DNA of 64,000 nt from an uncultured virus (IMG/VR IMGVR_UViG_3300000302_000058) (IMGVR_UViG_3300000302_000058); one strand, 5' to 3'; shown: positions 19,691 through 28,419, numbered from the stretch's first letter. The notes: a model not told the origin generated them from the sequence alone. Numbers and translations: made by a program.

Positions 19691-20268
19691 AAGAACCTTG
19701 AAAAGAGAATAATTAGATGGACCTTCGTCCTACTGACAATTATCTTCTTTCATGTTCGACCATAGAGAAGCAACAGGCTGAGGTTGGCTAGCTACTTCCA
19801 TACCTTCTGTTGCCAAGTAAACTCTAGCGGGATTGTCTACCCGCACGCTTCACCCACAATTCAGCAAATTAGAATGATATACGTAGATTTCAAGTCTACC
19901 AACTGTATAACGGACTTGGGCTACACACGACACGATTGCTGTGTTATACACGGATTTCTCCGCTTCACGTCCACGAGGATTATTGGTATTACCGCTGGTT
20001 TCCTAAGCTACCACACCTAAGACCTTTCGGCTTATTGCTCACTGAGCCGTCTATTGCTCCCCGCACACCAATCGCTGTCTTTGAAAGCGATAATCTCAGC
20101 ACCACGACTTGCTCTTATATCCGTCCGGTTTCATACATAGCATCACTGCTATGCGTAAGGCTTTACCAGAGTATCCCCTGTTTAGGCCCCGTGCGTTCGT
20201 CGTGTCTCAGCACCAGCTGTTTACTGGCTCTTCACTGAGTTATCTATTATCCTCTTTTCAAGGTTCTT
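19691..20268 (-). ncRNA. large structured ncRNA, ROOL-like candidate (about 578 nt)
   Basis: Ends pair as a 17-bp perfect stem (AAGAACCTTGAAAAGAG), many internal hairpins, no credible ORF, perfect TTGACA-17-TATAAT promoter at 20276-20304, inside tRNA cluster. Confidence 0.7.
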
Positions 20269-20275
20269 TATATCA

Positions 20276-20304
20276 ATTATAACATAAGCTATAATTGGTG
20301 TCAA
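20276..20304 (-). promoter_or_regulatory. sigmaA-type promoter of the large ncRNA
   Basis: TTGACA-ccaattatagcttatgt-TATAAT. Confidence 0.8.
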
Positions 20305-20444
20305 GTAAAAAACTTTACCTTTTGATTTTAAAACCGAAGTGATAAAATCTTTAACCGTCTCGACCGAAGCCTTCCGGTGAGCTGACTATTATATATTATC
20401 AAATCCAATAGAAACTGTCAACTATAAACTTATCATTTACGATA

Positions 20445-20530
20445 AAAGACGGAAACCATATAAACAGCTAAACTGTGAATGGCCTTTTCTATTTCGAAAA
20501 AGAAGTAAGCCGTTTATTCATCACGTCTTT
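20445..20530 (-). ncRNA. Y-RNA-like RNA (family copy 5)
   Basis: AAAGACG-T-GATGA-ATAAACGGC-TTACTTC...GCTGTTTAT...TTTC-CGTCTTT; own TTGACA-18-TATAAT promoter. Confidence 0.7.
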
Positions 20531-20571
20531 ATGTATATTATACCATATAAAGTATACGATTGTCAAATAGA

Positions 20572-20655
20572 GGTGCGCCATCAAAGAATCGAACTTTGCG
20601 GGGCATAGCCAAGAGCTTTACAGGCTCCACCGTCTCCATAGCGGGCTAATGACGC
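20572..20655 (-). tRNA. tRNA-Tyr(GTA)
   Basis: Loop CTGTAAA, variable arm, TTCGATT. Confidence 0.85.
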
Positions 20656-20666
20656 ATATATAAACG

Positions 20667-20743
20667 TGGTAGGCAGGGGGAGAATCGAACTCGCCGTTTT
20701 CCGGTTATAAGCCAGATGTTCTCGGCCACTAAACTACCCGCCC
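20667..20743 (-). tRNA. tRNA-Ile(TAT)
   Basis: Loop CTTATAA, ACCA end. Confidence 0.85.
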
Positions 20744-20768
20744 AAAACAGGTTTATAACAAAATCATA

Positions 20769-20847
20769 TGGCACCTTCGCTAGGATTCGAACCTAGATAA
20801 GACACAGTTTTGGAGACTGTCGCACTAGCCAGTTGTGCTACGAAGGT
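20769..20847 (-). tRNA. tRNA-Trp(CCA)
   Basis: Loop CTCCAAA, GCCA end. Confidence 0.9.
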
Positions 20848-20851
20848 ATTG

Positions 20852-20925
20852 GGAGCGAATAGCCAGAATCGAACTGGCATCTTCTCGTTGGCAACGAGAA
20901 ATTCTAACCGTTAAACTATATTCGC
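20852..20925 (-). tRNA. tRNA-Gly(GCC)
   Basis: Loop TTGCCAA, cloverleaf. Confidence 0.9.
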
Positions 20926-20926
20926 G

Positions 20927-21000
20927 TCTGCTATGACGGATTTGAACCGCCGACCCCCTGAACCCAAATCAGGTGCCCTACCAAACTAGGCCAATAGCAG
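20927..21000 (-). tRNA. tRNA-Pro(TGG)
   Basis: Loop TTTGGGT, cloverleaf, no CCA. Confidence 0.88.
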
Positions 21001-21003
21001 ATA

Positions 21004-21088
21004 TGGTGGGTCTGACAGGATTTGCACCTGCGCGCCTTACGGCACTTGCTTCTAAGGCAAGCGTGTATGCTAGTTCCACCACAGACCC
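21004..21088 (-). tRNA. tRNA-Leu(TAG)
   Basis: Loop CTTAGAA, variable arm, ACCA. Confidence 0.9.
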
Positions 21089-21134
21089 ATATTATATATT
21101 AACAGATTGACCAATAGAAGTCAACTGTAATATT

Positions 21135-21209
21135 TGGAGTTCCGTTCAGGAGTCGCACCTGACTAAACGCTTTTGCAGAGCGGTGCCTAAACTGCTCGGC
21201 CAACGGAAC
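21135..21209 (-). tRNA. tRNA-Cys(GCA)
   Basis: Loop CTGCAAA, TCCA end. Confidence 0.9.
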
Positions 21210-21211
21210 AG

Positions 21212-21286
21212 TGGAGCGACAGACGGGATTCCAACCCGCACTAAGAGCTTGGAAGGCTCGTGTGCTAAGCATTACACTACAGTCGC
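21212..21286 (-). tRNA. tRNA-Gly(TCC)
   Basis: Loop CTTCCAA, TCCA end. Confidence 0.9.
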
Positions 21287-21292
21287 ATTTTT

Positions 21293-21367
21293 TGGGGTAT
21301 CTACAGAGACTTGAACTCTGAACTACAGAGCCACAGTCTGTCGTGTTACCGTTACACCATAGACACC
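21293..21367 (-). tRNA. tRNA-His(GTG)
   Basis: Loop CTGTGGC, G-1 and CCCA end. Confidence 0.9.
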
Positions 21368-21380
21368 GTAATAATTAAGA

Positions 21381-21456
21381 TGGTAGCCGCACGGTGACTT
21401 GAACACCGATTTTCTGCTTGAGAGACAGATTTCCTGACCAGTTAGAAGATGCGGCC
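21381..21456 (-). tRNA. tRNA-Glu(CTC)
   Basis: Loop CTCTCAA, ACCA end. Confidence 0.9.
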
Positions 21457-21461
21457 AAATA

Positions 21462-21536
21462 TGGTAGCGGATAGGGGTTACGCTCCCCTTTCTCAGGCTT
21501 GAAAGGCCCGCGAACTAACTATTATTCTAATCCGCC
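21462..21536 (-). tRNA. tRNA-Glu(TTC), non-canonical T-loop
   Basis: Loop CTTTCAA; T-loop AGCGTAA. Confidence 0.82.
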
Positions 21537-21547
21537 GAATAAACATA

Positions 21548-21621
21548 GGCGCACACGAGGGATTACGATACCCCGACCTCTTGCGTGACAGGCAAGCGTT
21601 CTTCCTCTGAACTACGTGTGC
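21548..21621 (-). tRNA. tRNA-Asp(GTC)
   Basis: Loop CTGTCAC; T-loop ATCGTAA. Confidence 0.85.
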
Positions 21622-21626
21622 ATATA

Positions 21627-21703
21627 TGGTGGAGCTAGTGGGGGTCGAACCCACGACCTTTTGCTTGCAAAGCAACTGCTCATCCCAACTGAGCTATAGC
21701 CCC
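21627..21703 (-). tRNA. tRNA-Ala(TGC)
   Basis: GGGGCTATAGCTCAG, G3.U70, loop TTTGCAA. Confidence 0.93.
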
Positions 21704-21715
21704 AAGATAACAGAA

Positions 21716-21791
21716 TGGTGCTCGGTAGAAGACTTGAACTTCTGACCTTATGCTTGTAGGGCATCTGCGCTACCAACTGCGCCAACCGAGC
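21716..21791 (-). tRNA. tRNA-Val(TAC)
   Basis: Loop CCTACAA, ACCA. Confidence 0.9.
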
Positions 21792-21796
21792 ATTTA

Positions 21797-21872
21797 TGGT
21801 GGGGACTCTTGGAGTCGAACCAAGTACACTTTGCTCTTCAGGCAAATGCTCTACCAATTGAGCTAAGTCCCC
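21797..21872 (-). tRNA. tRNA-Phe(GAA)
   Basis: Loop CTGAAGA, ACCA. Confidence 0.92.
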
Positions 21873-21874
21873 AA

Positions 21875-21951
21875 TGGTAGCACGTACAAGAGTTGAACTT
21901 GTGACCTCTCGCTTATCAGGCGAGCGCTCTAACCAACTGAGCTAACGTGCT
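21875..21951 (-). tRNA. tRNA-Ile(GAT)
   Basis: Loop CTGATAA, ACCA. Confidence 0.92.
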
Positions 21952-21953
21952 AT

Positions 21954-22029
21954 TGGTGCTACCGGATAGATTTGAACTATCACCACCGAAGGTATGAGCT
22001 TCGTGCTCTACCGATTAAGCTACAGTAGC
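21954..22029 (-). tRNA. tRNA-Met/Ile2(CAT)
   Basis: Loop CTCATAC, ACCA. Confidence 0.88.
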
Positions 22030-22030
22030 A

Positions 22031-22108
22031 TGGTGCGCCATGAGGGACTCGAACCCCCACCACACGCATTCGTAGTGCGTTGCTCTAATCCAACTGAGCT
22101 AATGGCGC
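22031..22108 (-). tRNA. tRNA-Arg(ACG)
   Basis: Loop CTACGAA, ACCA. Confidence 0.92.
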
Positions 22109-22110
22109 AA

Positions 22111-22187
22111 TGGTGCCCTCGCTGGGACTTGAACCCAGACTCTTGGGATTAAGAGTCCCCTGCTTTAGCCAATTAAGCTACGAAGGC
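22111..22187 (-). tRNA. tRNA-Lys(CTT)
   Basis: Loop CTCTTAA, ACCA. Confidence 0.92.
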
Positions 22188-22218
22188 ATTTTGAAGAATA
22201 TTCTCTGAATACCCTTCG

Positions 22219-22289
22219 CTCCCAGCTTGGGTTCCGCCCCCAAAATTCTTGATTAACAGTCAAGTGTGATACTATTTCACCAGCCGGGA
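22219..22289 (-). tRNA. tRNA-Asn(GTT), non-canonical T-loop, no CCA
   Basis: CTTGA-CTGTTAA-TCAAG anticodon arm; T-loop GGCGGAA. Confidence 0.75.
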
Positions 22290-22306
22290 GCGAAAGATAT
22301 TCGTTC

Positions 22307-22961
22307 TTATACCATCTTCCATTTAAAACCATAAGCTATTTTCCCATAATTACGAGCCGCACGAGATAAATGAATATGCACTCCGTCAGGATTTTTAGTT
22401 TTAGCAATCTTCATATCTATCAAATACCGAGCAGCTTCGTTTATAGAAGTAAATATACTTATTACTTGCTCAGATTTAGAATCTATCATTGCTATCTTTT
22501 TACTTTGGTTTTGAATGGATATTTGTTGTGAAGACAAGGTCTGAATACCACATTCTTTACAAGCTGTTTGTACGACTCCAACATCACAATTAAAAAATTC
22601 AGCAGTTGCTTTTTGGTTTTGCAATTCTAAATATTTATGAGCAATTTTATCATAATCATAATATTTCTTACTATCTCCGCCTTTAGTGGCATTATATCCA
22701 CCACTTCCATAAGTTTGGAAGTTTATCAATCCAATAAATTTCTTTGTTAGCAGCTTCTTCTGCTAAGCATTCTTCTAGAATCTCTATATAAAAATGTTCT
22801 ACTCCATACTTTCTCATAGCATTATAAAGAGGACGTTTTTCACATCGTCTTTTTCTACTATCTAGAACATGCTCATGGAATCTTTTTTGAATATTTCCAT
22901 TTGTTTTGCCAACATATTGCTTGTTATTTATATCGTTAGTAATAACATAAATAAAAGCCAT
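22307..22961 (-). pseudogene. GIY-YIG endonuclease with NUMOD1-type HTH, frameshifted near 22730
   Basis: FIYVITN...YVGKT in 22692-22961 continues in another frame as GYNATKGG...AYGFKW (22307-22729). Confidence 0.7.
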
Positions 22962-22984
22962 AGCTTATACCCTTCTCGAAAAAA

Positions 22985-23060
22985 TGGAGCCGCCATCCAG
23001 ACTTGAACTGGAAACCCCTTCATTACTAGTGAAGTGCTCTACCATTTGAGCTATGGCGGC
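22985..23060 (-). tRNA. tRNA-Thr(AGT)
   Basis: CTTCA-CTAGTAA-TGAAG arm, GCCGCCA acceptor, TCCA end. Confidence 0.88.
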
Positions 23061-23063
23061 AAA

Positions 23064-23139
23064 TGGTCGCGGGAATCGGAGTCGAACCGAATGTCTTCGG
23101 CTTATGAGGCCGCTGTGGAAACCGTTTCACCCTCCCGCT
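23064..23139 (-). tRNA. tRNA-Met(CAT), initiator-like
   Basis: Loop CTCATAA; 1:72 mismatch; ACCA. Confidence 0.8.
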
Positions 23140-23184
23140 ATATTATAATATATCAAATCCTATAGTAATTGTCAAATGAAAAAT

Positions 23185-23258
23185 TGGCTGGCTCGGAAGG
23201 TACCGCCCCCTCGTTCTATCATCCAAAGTGATATGTTCTACTATTGAACTACGAGCCA
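23185..23258 (-). tRNA. tRNA-Gln(TTG), non-canonical T-loop
   Basis: Loop CTTTGGA; T-loop GGCGGTA; GCCA. Confidence 0.82.
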
Positions 23259-23259
23259 A

Positions 23260-23421
23260 TGGCTTCTCCGCTACGACTTGAACGTAGAATGAATGAACCA
23301 GAGTCATTCGTGTTGCNNNNNNNNNNNNNNNNNNNNNNNNNNNNNNNNNNNNNNNNNNNNNNNNNNNNNNNNNNNNNNNNNNNNNNNNNNNNNNNNNNNN
23401 NNNNNNNNNNNNCACGGAGAA
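23260..23421 (-). tRNA. tRNA-Gln(CTG) (N-gap in D arm)
   Basis: Loop CTCTGGT, TTCAAGT, GCCA. Confidence 0.8.
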
Positions 23422-23424
23422 ATA

Positions 23425-24095
23425 AACGCGAATTTTTAACACCAAAATCCGCAAACGACCTCTTCGCCTAGTTCGCCTTTGTTTTAATCAAGAAACAAAA
23501 TGGTAAAAAGAGGAGCAGTTTCATATCTCCTGAAACTCCGCTATCCGTTAGCTAGACGGAATCACTTGAAACCGGAAGCTGCCAAGGTTGCTTCTCCTCG
23601 AACAGGGGTTTAAAGCTCTACCCACACTCCGATGAAACTGGGCCTTTATGCCTTTTACGTCATCAAAAGACTCTAAAATAAGACGTTCCTAATATAATGC
23701 GTCCATTATATAGGCATCGTTGGTTTTACTTAACGCCCCAAACCAACTAAAGCGGCTGCATTCAGTTCTCACAGCTCACTGGATTTACTCATTGTTTATA
23801 CTCGTAGAACTCCAAAACATTCGAGTGCATTTTGATAAGCCGTGGCAAGTTCAAGGCTTGCTCGTGCTTTTGGAATACACTGACAACTACTCACCGTTTC
23901 GTATGCGGGACGAACGACAACAGACCATACTACTTTAGCTTTTGTCTCCTGTGTATCCTAAAAGCACGGCTGAAAATGTTTCAGCTAGGCTTCGTCCTGT
24001 CGGACTCTTTGAACCAAGACCCTGTGCTATCAATCTTGGCTCAAAGAAACCGGCGGCGGGTTGTTCGAAGCGAACACCCGTAAAACGCTTTTCTC
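23425..24095 (-). ncRNA. large structured ncRNA candidate (about 670 nt; GOLLD-like or new)
   Basis: No credible ORF, many hairpins (e.g. TCTTTGAGCCAAGA/TCTTGGTTCAAAGA), strong promoter at 24111-24140, heads the tRNA operon. Confidence 0.6.
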
Positions 24096-24154
24096 TCTTG
24101 AACTATATACATTATAGCATATCAGAGAATATATTGTCAAATACTTTTTTTTGA

Positions 24155-24601
24155 CTAACTATCAAACCAAAAGACAACACGAATATCCATATCGCTGCCA
24201 AAAAACCAAGCTTGGTCCCCCATAAAATCAATAGCGTGAATAAGCGGCTTCAAGCTTGCTCGTTCCATCTTATTATAACGCTTTTTATCTTTGGTGGCAA
24301 GCCGAAGTTCTGCCAAAGTTAGCCAAGAGGGCGTATGATATTCGTCTTGATACTCTTCATACTGCTCTCTAATGTAATCGCTAACATCATAAGGAATACC
24401 TCGTGGGTCAACGATAGGGTCGCTGGTCCCACGGACACCGGCAAGTACACTGAACATGGTATAATCGCGTCCATTGTAACACGAAACCTCTTGGTCAGAA
24501 TTTTTGTAACGAATAGGAGTTACCAGTTTCATAACGATGGGTTCCCATTTACCCGTATCCTTATCACGGCATTCCACATAAGGATGGATATCGCAGCCCA
24601 T
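24155..24601 (-). CDS. conserved-looking hypothetical phage protein
   Basis: MGCDIH...GRDYTMFSVLAGVR...RVVFWFDS; GGAGG RBS. Confidence 0.7.
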   Translation of the reverse strand: MGCDIHPYVECRDKDTGKWEPIVMKLVTPIRYKNSDQEVSCYNGRDYTMFSVLAGVRGTSDPIVDPRGIPYDVSDYIREQYEEYQDEYHTPSWLTLAELRLATKDKKRYNKMERASLKPLIHAIDFMGDQAWFFGSDMDIRVVFWFDS

Positions 24602-24655
24602 AAAATCCTCCTTTAACTCTTTGCTTCTTTGATTATATTATAGCATAATCAATGT

Positions 24656-24973
24656 CTAAGAGTCAAATACCAATTCTCGGTTTGCTCGTTCAAGCTGAAA
24701 TTCGTCTTCGGAAATAGCCTGAATGACGAACGTACCCTTACAAATATCTAATCCACTCGTCTGAAAATATCTCTTCAACTGAGTCAGACAATCATTGTAT
24801 GCTTCTTCATATAAAGTTGTCAAGGAATCTTTTACCTCACCGATGGAAGTAACATCTGCTTCTTGACCCGCATTCGCCGCAAACAGATAATATCTGCTCT
24901 GCGGAGCCTTTTGGAAGATTCGCCCCAGACAGAAGATAGAATCTCGATTATCAAGATGCTGAATTTCAATCAA
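24656..24973 (-). CDS. hypothetical protein
   Basis: ORF in operon. Confidence 0.5.
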   Translation of the reverse strand: MIEIQHLDNRDSIFCLGRIFQKAPQSRYYLFAANAGQEADVTSIGEVKDSLTTLYEEAYNDCLTQLKRYFQTSGLDICKGTFVIQAISEDEFQLERANRELVFDS

Positions 24974-25224
24974 CTCAATGAATTTTGAGTCAAAAAAACA
25001 CCATAGGCTTCTTCTTGCGGAATTTGCTGAATATCGCCTATGGTGAATTCCATATCTGAATCTTCAATATCTTCGTCCTCTACAGTAAGTCCCAAATATT
25101 CGATTTGAGCAATACTAGCAACAAGACTAAGTATCTCATCTTCAGTGAACCATTCACTAACAGCGATATAGTATGTCGGTTTAAAGGAGATATTAGAATC
25201 TAGCGCACATTGAAAATACCTCAT
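24970..25224 (-). CDS. acidic hypothetical protein
   Basis: ORF with AAGGAG RBS. Confidence 0.5.
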   Translation of the reverse strand: MRYFQCALDSNISFKPTYYIAVSEWFTEDEILSLVASIAQIEYLGLTVEDEDIEDSDMEFTIGDIQQIPQEEAYGVFLTQNSLS

Positions 25225-25262
25225 TTTTTATATATCTCCTTTCATTAATCGTATAAACAAAA

Positions 25263-25337
25263 TGGAGCTTCCACACCGAATCGAACGGAGACTTTTTCAT
25301 TACAAGTGAAATGTTCTAGCCTTTAAACTATGGAAGC
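25263..25337 (-). tRNA. tRNA-Thr(TGT)
   Basis: Loop CTTGTAA, TCCA end. Confidence 0.88.
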
Positions 25338-25671
25338 AAAAAACAATAGAGTAGTGTGGATGATGGCGGTGGTGGTTATAAACCCACACTACTCTATTGA
25401 ATGGACTCTTTTATGGAATCTCGCTGTCAAAAAAAGTCCAGAAAAACCGCGACCGTCTTCCTCTTTCGAGCGCCTAGAAAACGGTATGAAAAAGGCTCCA
25501 CAGAAGTTTTTTCATCTTTTCCGCTTAAAAACCCTCTAGTTAAAAAGTAGCTGCGGATACAGGTATCCACACTATGAGTCAGTGTATGTCACAGCCTAGT
25601 CATGTACACTCCTAGGTCGTTTCCTGCTGCCCAGGGAATAACTATATTATACAATAAAACAAAATCGTTGT

Positions 25672-26046
25672 CTAGAGAATACCATCCATATTAGAGACAA
25701 TATTCTCAAGTCGGCGAGCAATATCTGCCTTGGTGTTACCCTTGCGACTTGTAGAACGAAGAGCATCAATTTCCGCACGAATCTCTTCCTGAGTATTTCG
25801 AATCTCTTCCTCAGCGTTGTAATAGGCAATGCCCCAAATACCGTCTTGAGTATTATGCTTATTAACCTCAAACTTTTCAAAACAAGATTCAAGCTCAGGA
25901 TACTGAGTATAATTATTAATGGCCTCGCTAATAAGATTAGCAACATCCACAGTATCAAGCTGGTAATCACGTTCAATCATTTCAAGAAGCTGACGAAAAT
26001 CAAAAACCGGCTCAGACTTCCCGCTGTTCATGGCTACAGCAATCAT
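25672..26046 (-). CDS. hypothetical protein
   Basis: ORF with own promoter and GGAG RBS. Confidence 0.6.
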   Translation of the reverse strand: MIAVAMNSGKSEPVFDFRQLLEMIERDYQLDTVDVANLISEAINNYTQYPELESCFEKFEVNKHNTQDGIWGIAYYNAEEEIRNTQEEIRAEIDALRSTSRKGNTKADIARRLENIVSNMDGIL

Positions 26047-26104
26047 TGAATCTCCTCTCTTGCTTATAGATATATTATACTACACCCATAAGCCAAGAGT
26101 CAAC

Positions 26105-26671
26105 TTAAAGCCACGGGAGTTCACGAATAAAGCGATTAAAGTCTGTATCAAAGAAAAAGTCAAATAGGTCAGTCGTGTCACGATGATGATGTTCGTTATG
26201 CGGCTGATAGTTTTCCTTCTGAGAAACACTCTTTTTAGCATCAGCAGAAGAGTCATCTTTCTGAGTAGTATTTACACAAGTTTTCTCTTTTAGAAAACTA
26301 TTTATTTTCTCGTTAAGACGGCGATTTTCTTCCTCTAATTCCGCAAACTTAGAAACTACTGAATTCTCTGTAACAGGAGAGCAATTCTCTATAACAGGAG
26401 AACAATCAGAAGAGATAGTGGTAATAGGAAGTGAAGTAGAAGTCTCTACCTTAACTTGAGACTTAGCCTTTTCCTTCTCTTTGTTCTGCTTTAAAATATC
26501 AAGGTAAACTTCAAGAACCGCCGCAGTAACATCTTGTTCGATATTATCTAGGTCACCAGTCAGACGTTTATCAAAAGAAAAACCATTTGAATCAGAATAG
26601 GTAACACCGATATCATAATCATCATCATTTAAAACCGCAGTGACAGTTGCTTTTAGACCATAACTTGCCAT
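26105..26671 (-). CDS. hypothetical protein with short internal repeat (CSPVIEN/CSPVTEN)
   Basis: ORF with AAGGAG RBS. Confidence 0.6.
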   Translation of the reverse strand: MASYGLKATVTAVLNDDDYDIGVTYSDSNGFSFDKRLTGDLDNIEQDVTAAVLEVYLDILKQNKEKEKAKSQVKVETSTSLPITTISSDCSPVIENCSPVTENSVVSKFAELEEENRRLNEKINSFLKEKTCVNTTQKDDSSADAKKSVSQKENYQPHNEHHHRDTTDLFDFFFDTDFNRFIRELPWL

Positions 26672-26715
26672 ATTTTCTCCTTCTTTCTCTTAGATTACAC
26701 TTCAATATAAGTGTA

Positions 26716-27075
26716 TCATTTCTCTCTAGGAGTGTCAACAATAGCTGTTACTTCTCCATAGACATTTATTCTCTCCTGATTATCAAAATCAATAACCACT
26801 AAATATCCTTGATATTGTTCAACAGTATAATGACCAATATAAGTATCAATTAGCTCGTTTCCCGCATAGATTCTTACGACTCTATTGGGGTCTTGTTTAA
26901 ATGTTTTTTCAAAACTAGTACGAGCGAGCCAACCAGTGTTTGTATGAAATAGCCATATATAGCCCATACCAAGAATCAAAATGCCAGCGTACAGGAACAT
27001 TTTCCATTTCTTATGCCCCTGAAATTTCTCTCCTAGGTTTTGTACCCGACTTTTAATACTATTAAACACTGGCAT
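26716..27075 (-). CDS. membrane-anchored hypothetical protein
   Basis: Single TM segment. Confidence 0.55.
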   Translation of the reverse strand: MPVFNSIKSRVQNLGEKFQGHKKWKMFLYAGILILGMGYIWLFHTNTGWLARTSFEKTFKQDPNRVVRIYAGNELIDTYIGHYTVEQYQGYLVVIDFDNQERINVYGEVTAIVDTPREK

Positions 27076-27102
27076 TTCATTTTTTCCCTTTCTTATATGA
27101 TT

Positions 27103-27351
27103 TTACACATGGTCGTGAAATGTGCGACTGATAACTTCATCTTGTTGGTCTTTAGTAAGATTATGAAAATTTACAGCATAACCGCTGACCCTGATTGTAA
27201 GTTGAGGATATAGTTCAGGATGTTGTTGAGCATGTACAAGCATATCTTTATTTATCACATTAACATTGATATGCTGTCCACCAAATTCTCCATTAAAATA
27301 TCCATCTAGCAAACTAACAAGATTGTCGATTTGATTCTGAGATATCATCAA
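27103..27351 (-). CDS. grcA: autonomous glycyl-radical cofactor (GrcA-like, PFL C-terminal domain)
   Basis: [39 protein letters not shown]. Confidence 0.88.
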   Translation of the reverse strand: MMISQNQIDNLVSLLDGYFNGEFGGQHINVNVINKDMLVHAQQHPELYPQLTIRVSGYAVNFHNLTKDQQDEVISRTFHDHV

Positions 27352-28345
27352 CTTCGCCTCCTTTATGGTTAACTATTAAATTCCATAAATATTCATTATC
27401 TATATTGTCATAATCCCAATAAGGAATGCGAATTAATTTAATACCTTTTTCTTTGCAATATCTATTTTTAATATTGTCTTTTCTCTGTTCATCTTGCAGA
27501 GTTATATGTCTCCAAGTTGTTTCTTTATAATGTTGTATACCGTCATATTCAATACAACAATTATAGTCTGGCAAATAAAAATCAAAACGTAATTTCTTAT
27601 TAGTCATGTCATTAATACAATTAGAAAAAGAATATTCTCTTTCATAGGATATATTCAAAGAAGATAAAATTTCTACAATTTTATTCTCTCCTTTTGAAAC
27701 TGGAATAGAACATCCACAATGCCAGATATGACCGCTTGTTAAATCTCTTGAATGAACGTCCCGAGTTCCGCCACATTCACAAGAGCAATGCCACAATCTT
27801 CCATATGGGTCTACTCCATCTTGTTCAATTAAATATTCTACAGTTAATTTGCCAAATTTATATCCTGTTAAGTCATGAGCAGAATCTTTTCCGTTGACCA
27901 CACATCTGGTAATATTTTCTTTTTTATAACAACTAGGACATTTTGTAGATTTCCCTGCACACACATCCGATAAACGAGTTATCCAATTGGTATCTCCACA
28001 AATAGGACATGCAAAACGTCCTAATCTAGAATTGCCAGCATGACCCTCTTCTTCTATAAATAAAATATTATAGGGGCCAACACGCATTCTCGGTTGATAC
28101 TTTTTATTTAATGTATTAAAAATACTATTTTCTTTACGCCATTTAATTCGACAGTCAGAACATCTGCAAGCATCTCCAACTTTTACATTTTGATTTAATG
28201 CTTCGAAAAGTTGGCCGCAATCAGGACATTGATACCATCCCCACTTGTGTTTTCCATATTTATCTACTCTATCTGAACGCTTGACTAATAATAGGTTATG
28301 TGGTCCATAAGTATTTCCCGGAACATAGTTTAATTTTCTAGGCAT
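27314..28345 (-). CDS. Cys-rich free-standing endonuclease (paralog of 9208-10290)
   Basis: CxxC/CxCxCG modules; [23 protein letters not shown]...LIRIPYW. Confidence 0.75.
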   Translation of the reverse strand: MPRKLNYVPGNTYGPHNLLLVKRSDRVDKYGKHKWGWYQCPDCGQLFEALNQNVKVGDACRCSDCRIKWRKENSIFNTLNKKYQPRMRVGPYNILFIEEEGHAGNSRLGRFACPICGDTNWITRLSDVCAGKSTKCPSCYKKENITRCVVNGKDSAHDLTGYKFGKLTVEYLIEQDGVDPYGRLWHCSCECGGTRDVHSRDLTSGHIWHCGCSIPVSKGENKIVEILSSLNISYEREYSFSNCINDMTNKKLRFDFYLPDYNCCIEYDGIQHYKETTWRHITLQDEQRKDNIKNRYCKEKGIKLIRIPYWDYDNIDNEYLWNLIVNHKGGEVDDISESNRQSC

Positions 28346-28419
28346 AATATATTCAACCCCTCCATTAAAAGAATGACTTTAGTATTATACCCTATTATTC
28401 TTAAACTATACCATATCCA

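Noticed and set aside
19784..20238. Short ORFs inside the large ncRNA and tRNA regions (also 21493-21857, 23720-24154)
   Set aside because: No RBS, atypical composition, and overlap with structured RNAs
23425..24095. tmRNA or RNase P identity for the large RNA
   Set aside because: No tRNA-Ala-like ends or tag ORF, and no GAGGAAAGUCC-type RNase P signature seen
16897..25337. Suppressor tRNAs or stop-codon recoding
   Set aside because: No clear CTA or TCA anticodon; long genes read through in the standard code and use TAA, TAG and TGA as stops. The 19016 tRNA anticodon touches an N-gap but fits Leu(TAA) best
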